Assembly (NCBI RefSeq): GCF_009914755.1
Contig: NC_060944.1
DNA from: the human T2T-CHM13v2.0 reference genome, Homo sapiens
Length of the DNA stretch: 64,000 bases
Reading direction: 5' to 3' (one strand)
The translations under genes were made by a program, and so were the position numbers. Shown here in pieces: positions 57,780 to 64,000 of this stretch; position 1 is the first letter of the stretch; each line of letters begins with the position of its first letter. Under the pieces are notes generated by a model. The model ran no database searches. It was not told the origin of the DNA and saw only the letters and a list, made by a program, of their open reading frames with translations.

Positions 57780-59040
57780 CATCTAATCCAAGTCCCTACT
57801 CTGGGATGAATCTTTTGGATTAAATGACTCTAATGCAAGGTATCTTCCTTCACATTAGCCATGAACCAATAGTTTTGGACAACACAATTTTGTTCCTCAT
57901 GTTAGACCAAAATCTTCATTTCTCTAACTTTAAACCAATATCCTAGATTAGCATTCTCTGGCTTCTTAAACATGAAAGCTTGCCACGTAGACAAAAGCAC
58001 TCTGTAAATATCTCCTTGGTCTTTTCTCCTGAAGGAAAACAATACCCGTTTACTTTTGGCCTTGCCTCAAAAGATAGAATTTTCAAAATTCTGTGTGTCT
58101 TTTTCTGAACATATTCCAATCGGAGAAGTCTTAAAATATAGTGTAACGAGTTTGACACTTCATCCCATAAATCATCTCACAGAATTTGGTGAAATTGTCT
58201 TTTCTAGGGCCTCTATTGTGCTAGACACAATATTTCATTAACACAACCCATGATTGTGCTGGTCTATTTTTTTAACAGCCACATCATACCATTGGCTTAT
58301 TTTATGGTTGTCATCAAATGGAAATCCCAGACCTCTGCCATCTGTACTGTGGCCAAACAAGCTCACTCAGGCAGCTGACTTTCTGAACCTAAACAGAACT
58401 TGAAACTTGTTTCTGCTTAATCTCATTTCAATGGTTTTGGCTCAGTGTGTTGCTGTCAGTTGACGACTTTTATTCTTGAGTCTGTCACTTATAGTTTTAG
58501 CCATCTATGCATCCTCACATCTAAAACTCTATCAAAATTATCCATAGAAATACTGAGTCAACAGGGCTAAGAGTATAGCCAGTCAAACTCCATTAGAAAA
58601 TTACAGAGCCATTTGCCAACACATAACAGGCATATGTTTAGACACTAAATATCAACACTTCTATCATTCAATCTACTATTTACGTATGATATTCTTGCAA
58701 AAAATACTGTCACCTGCATTGATGTAATTGAAACAATTGGTATGTATTTTATGCGTGGAATTTTCTGTTCTCTAGAGATTCTAACAAAATGAGAAATCAT
58801 GTGAATTTGGCATGATTTGTCTTGAACAAATGTATGCTAGCTCCTCGAGATTAGCTATATCATTTTCCAAAGGTTCATAAACCACATGCACGATAATCTA
58901 TTCTAGAATATTGTATTAAGCTGAAAAAGAAAAGACAGTAATCCTGATGATGTCATCATCACCGTTTTTGAAAGCCAATACATAATTTTTATAGTTCAGA
59001 TTTCTATCAGAAATCTTCTCTGATACTTCTTAAAAATTAG
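57780..59040 (-). mobile_element. L3/CR1 LINE remnant
   Basis: Degenerate antisense CR1 motifs ('ttctgaacctaaa', 'tttggcatgatttgtcttgaacaaa', 'taatctattctagaat'). Confidence 0.5.
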
Positions 59041-60999
59041 CATGTAGTTATCTTACACTAGTAGATACTAAATATTTATTGAATGAACTAATTAATAAAT
59101 GAATGAAAAGATACATGAATCATTCCATTATCCTGCCTTATTTTCTTCATTTCGACATATCACCCTATGGAGGTAATCTATTGTTCACTTTATTTGGAAT
59201 TCTCTATCTACCCCTGCTTATGAGTATAGACCTTGATCTATCTCAATAATGTATTCACAGTGCCTAAAATATAGCCCAAGGCATAATGTACTCACTGCAT
59301 GGAGACAAGTTAAATTAAGGCAAAATAATTTAATCCAGCTAGGGCTTAGGTCTCAAACTTTCTCATTACTCAATATTTTTTTGCCATATTCATTCTACTT
59401 CTTCCAGTTACAAAAATCTTTTCCTTAATGAAGAAGACTAATTCACAATAGGAGTTCCATTTTCTTTCTGTCATTTGTTAATGTATTTCCAAGAAACACT
59501 TAATTTATTCTTATTCTTATGCCCAATATTCTTTCAAAACTGGATGCTTTAATTTAAGTTCCCATGAAAGCAATTTATTTTGGAGGTGACCTCAGGCAAG
59601 AAACACTGGGAAGGAAGTTCAGGAAACATGACAGGCAAAAGAAGAATGAAGAGTTTAACTCTTCCATCCAGAACATTCAGAATGCCTCCCTGAATCTTCA
59701 GAATTGAAGTAGTCATTCAGATAGACCTCAGGAGGTTGGTGGTGTGACAAATGTTTCAGTGACTTCACATTCAAGCATTTTCCCCACTTTTCCAAACCAA
59801 AGTTATGTTCTCCCCATTGGCACCCTAGGGAAGACTGACTTCTCCCCAGCAGATTCACATATATTTAAGTGAAACATCTGTATACATCTGACTCTTATTT
59901 CAAATAGAAAGGTTCTCATTATAATCTTTTACATCTATTATTTTCCCCATTTTGCCATTGACTCATTATTTGTCAAAGAAATTCTTCTAGAATTATTATG
60001 CTAAAATTAGAGTACTAATATATGATAAATCTATATCAAATGTTCTAAAAACTTCATAATTATAAGTAACTATGTTACTATTGTGTAAAATAAGCATCAG
60101 ACATTTAATGGCATGAAATATAATTACTGTTCTTCTATTTTAAATGAAAAATAATTTCAAGGTAGTATTATAATGTATGCTTATTTTAATAAAAGCATGT
60201 GCATATGTGTGAGTGTATGTGTGTGTAAACATAATTGATACAGATGGTAGAATTTTGAGTGTTTTTTCTACTTTTTTGTGATACTATAAAAGTTATTTAT
60301 TTACTATACACAGAACATGTCCATGTCCCCTATAAAATGTACATGTAAATCACTAAAAAGTATAATTTGGTGAACATTTTCTCAATTACAGTACATACTT
60401 AATCAGGTGGGATGACAGCTCTCTGTCTGCCTCAAAATAATCTAATTATAGCACCCAGTCTTCTTTATATCTAATGCAAAGTTAAGTACTTATTTTGGGG
60501 GTTATTTCCTAGTATATGTTTGGTGAGGCAGAGTAAACAACTTAACTCTAGTATATTACAGTCACTGCACAATAAACCAGATTATTACAGATTAAAACAA
60601 ATCATTTTTTCATTATTTATAATAATGGGATCAAAGAAATATGGGATACTTTTAAATGGCAGATAACCACACAATTACTTACCTTTGATAGTATATTGGA
60701 TTCTATAATTACATTAGTATATGAATGATGAAAAATACTGTTATGAATAATACACCTCAAACAAAACAACGAGGCCACACTGTAATGATTCACTAGATCG
60801 TGCTCAACAGACATTTACTGAATAAGGAATTATCTATTTTTCTCCTCAATTATCCAGTACAATGTTTTGCCCACAGTAAGGGCTCAATAAATATTTGCTG
60901 AACATACTGACCAGGAAAGAGGTGAGAAGAGATGGGCCCTCTTAGCTGGATATTAAATATAATTGGAATTTACCTGGGAAGGAGAGTAGTTAGGAAGAT

Positions 61000-62150
<1,151 letters not shown>

Positions 62151-62473
62151 TCCACCTCTTCTCATGAGACTTCACTCCTGGCTCCTACCTCCGTGCAAAG
62201 CCCGTTTTTTTCCTACTTTTAATTATCTATATGTCTGATTTTCTTTTTCTAAAATAAAAGCAAATTATTTTGTAATAAGCAAAAAATATTGGCAATTGGT
62301 ATAAGCAAATGTACAAAACAAGAAAGCAGATCAAGTAAAAGATATTACTTATAGATGCCTAATGGCAGCAATTATCCTTACTTTATCAAAGAACATGCCA
62401 CTTACTACTAATTACAGTAACAATACATTTTTACCATTTTTCCTATTAAAATAACATTAGAGGATCATAAACT

Positions 62474-62957
62474 TGTGACTGGAATTGGTTCCTTCTGGTG
62501 GGTTCTTGGTCTCACTGACTTCAAGAATGAAGCCGTGGACCCTCGCAGTGAGTGTTACAGTTCTTAAAGATGGTGTGTCCGGAGTTTGTTCCTTCAGATG
62601 TTCAGATGTGTCTGGAGTTTCTTCCTTCCGGTGGGTTTGTGGTCTCACTTGACTTCAGGAGTGAAGCCATAGACCTTCATGGTGAGTGTTATAGCTCATA
62701 AAGGTAGTGAGGACCCAAAGAGTGAGCAGCAGCAAGATTTATTTTGAAGAGCGAAAGACAAAGCTTCCACAGCATGGAAGGGGACCTGCGCAGGTTGCTG
62801 CTGCTAGCTCAGGTGGCCAGCTTTTATTTCCTTATTTGGCCCTGCCAACATCCTGCTGATTGGTCCATTTTACAGAGTGCTGATTGGTGCTTTTTTACAT
62901 AGTGCTGATTGGTGCATTTACAAACCTTTAGCTAGACACAGAGCACTGATTGGTGTA
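62474..62957 (-). mobile_element. ERV9 3' LTR (LTR12 family) with distal U3 deleted
   Basis: Antisense U5/R 'tgtgactggaattggttccttctggtgggttcttgg', AATAAA/TATA, and four 'ctgattgg' CCAAT boxes. Confidence 0.92.
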
Positions 62958-63820
62958 TTGGGACTTTACCCCTGTCCTATAAAGATGTTATGCCCCAAAA
63001 ACGAAGTGGAGGGCCATTCCCTGAGGGAGGGAAGGGAACTCCAGAGTTGGAAGAGTGATGCCTTTTGTCCTCACTTATATGAATAGGAAGGATACATTGT
63101 CTGATGCTCCCCATATCCTACGTTCCGGAATAGCTTTTGTCAGGCCTGCTTGTCTGAGGAGGGTTCCTAAAATTCCAGGTAGTCCCCCCTACGGTTGGGC
63201 TTTGGGCAAAAATTATGTCTTTTTGATTGGTGAGCCTGGGTGCCTAAAGAAAGGGATAGAGTCCTGAAGTTTATACTAGAAGTCATTCTTGCAAGAGAAA
63301 CTAGAAAAGCACCAGAGACAGGGAGTGGTTTTTAGAAGCGGGACTAGCCTCGGAGAAGAGAGGCGAGAGGAAGTTTGTCTGGCAGGCATCAGGACCCAGG
63401 AGGCAAGGGTCAGGATAGATAGGATAGATGGGAGAGTCTCGCTTGGGCGACATGACTTTGAGAGTTCTGCTCAGGGCCACAGGGTCAACCAACTTGTTGT
63501 TGGGACTCTGGAGCTGAATGGCTTTCCTCTCTGTCGAACCTCAGCTCAGCCCAGAAGTACAGGAAAAGCAGAAGCTGGTTCCTGGCAAACCAACGCTCCC
63601 AACTCCGAAGAGTAGGGGGTCGTTAGAGAGCCCTTTCCCAGAAAACCTGACTCCTGTGTATTTAGTCCGGCGGCTGCGCTGGTCACTTTTAACTGGCTGA
63701 CAGGTGCCAGGTATTTAGCCCCCAAATTCTAAGGAAAAATAGGACAGAATAGCAAGTGAAAGGGGTCTGATGGTGCTCACTGCTTGGCGATAGTTGATAG
63801 TCCCTTCATGGTCGCCAAAA
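62958..63820 (-). mobile_element. HERV9 internal 5' leader (gag/pol/env absent)
   Basis: Lies between two LTR12 copies and starts with a primer-binding site. Confidence 0.88.
63800..63817 (-). other. Retroviral primer-binding site for tRNA-Arg
   Basis: Minus strand TGGCGACCATGAAGGGAC, 3 nt from the LTR end; 17/18 complementary to a tRNA-Arg(TCG) 3' end (GTCCCTTCGTGGTCGCCA, recalled). Confidence 0.85.
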
Positions 63821-64000
63821 TGTGTCCAGAATTGGTTCCTACCAGTGGGTTATTGGTCTCACTGACTTCAAGAATGAAGCTGCAGACCCTCACGGTGAGC
63901 ATTACAGTTCTTAAAGATGGTGTGTCCAGAGTTTGTTCCTTCAGATATTCAGATGTGTCCAGAGTTGCTTCCTTCTGGTGGGTTTGTGGTCTTGCTTGGA
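63821..64000 (-). mobile_element. ERV9 5' LTR (LTR12 family), cut by the window end
   Basis: Repeats the 62474 LTR end: 'tgtgtccagaattggttcc...gacttcaagaatgaagc'. Confidence 0.92.

Overview
AT-rich primate (very probably human) non-coding DNA, mostly transposable-element derived. I find no intact protein-coding gene, RNA gene or CRISPR array. The only gene-derived sequence is a disabled processed pseudogene of SRSF10 (short isoform; minus strand, ~61.0-62.15 kb), lying about 320 bp downstream of an internally deleted ERV9/LTR12 provirus on the same strand. Other contents: a CpG-rich solo LTR12C, a near full-length L1PA7 carrying an LTR22-like LTR and an AluY, THE1B and MSTA elements, about 14 Alus or Alu fragments, and many older L1M, L2, L3, MIR, MLT and MER fragments. 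The most unusual observations are rearrangement scars: (1) a ~225-bp copy of an AluY end plus its flank pasted into a (TA)26 tract 1.9 kb upstream; (2) an L1PA7 5' end with a duplicated 5'UTR segment and ~700 bp of captured foreign DNA; (3) five-level TE nesting; (4) several deleted proviruses. Subfamily names come from my recall of consensus sequences and need RepeatMasker/Dfam confirmation. Boundaries of old elements are approximate.
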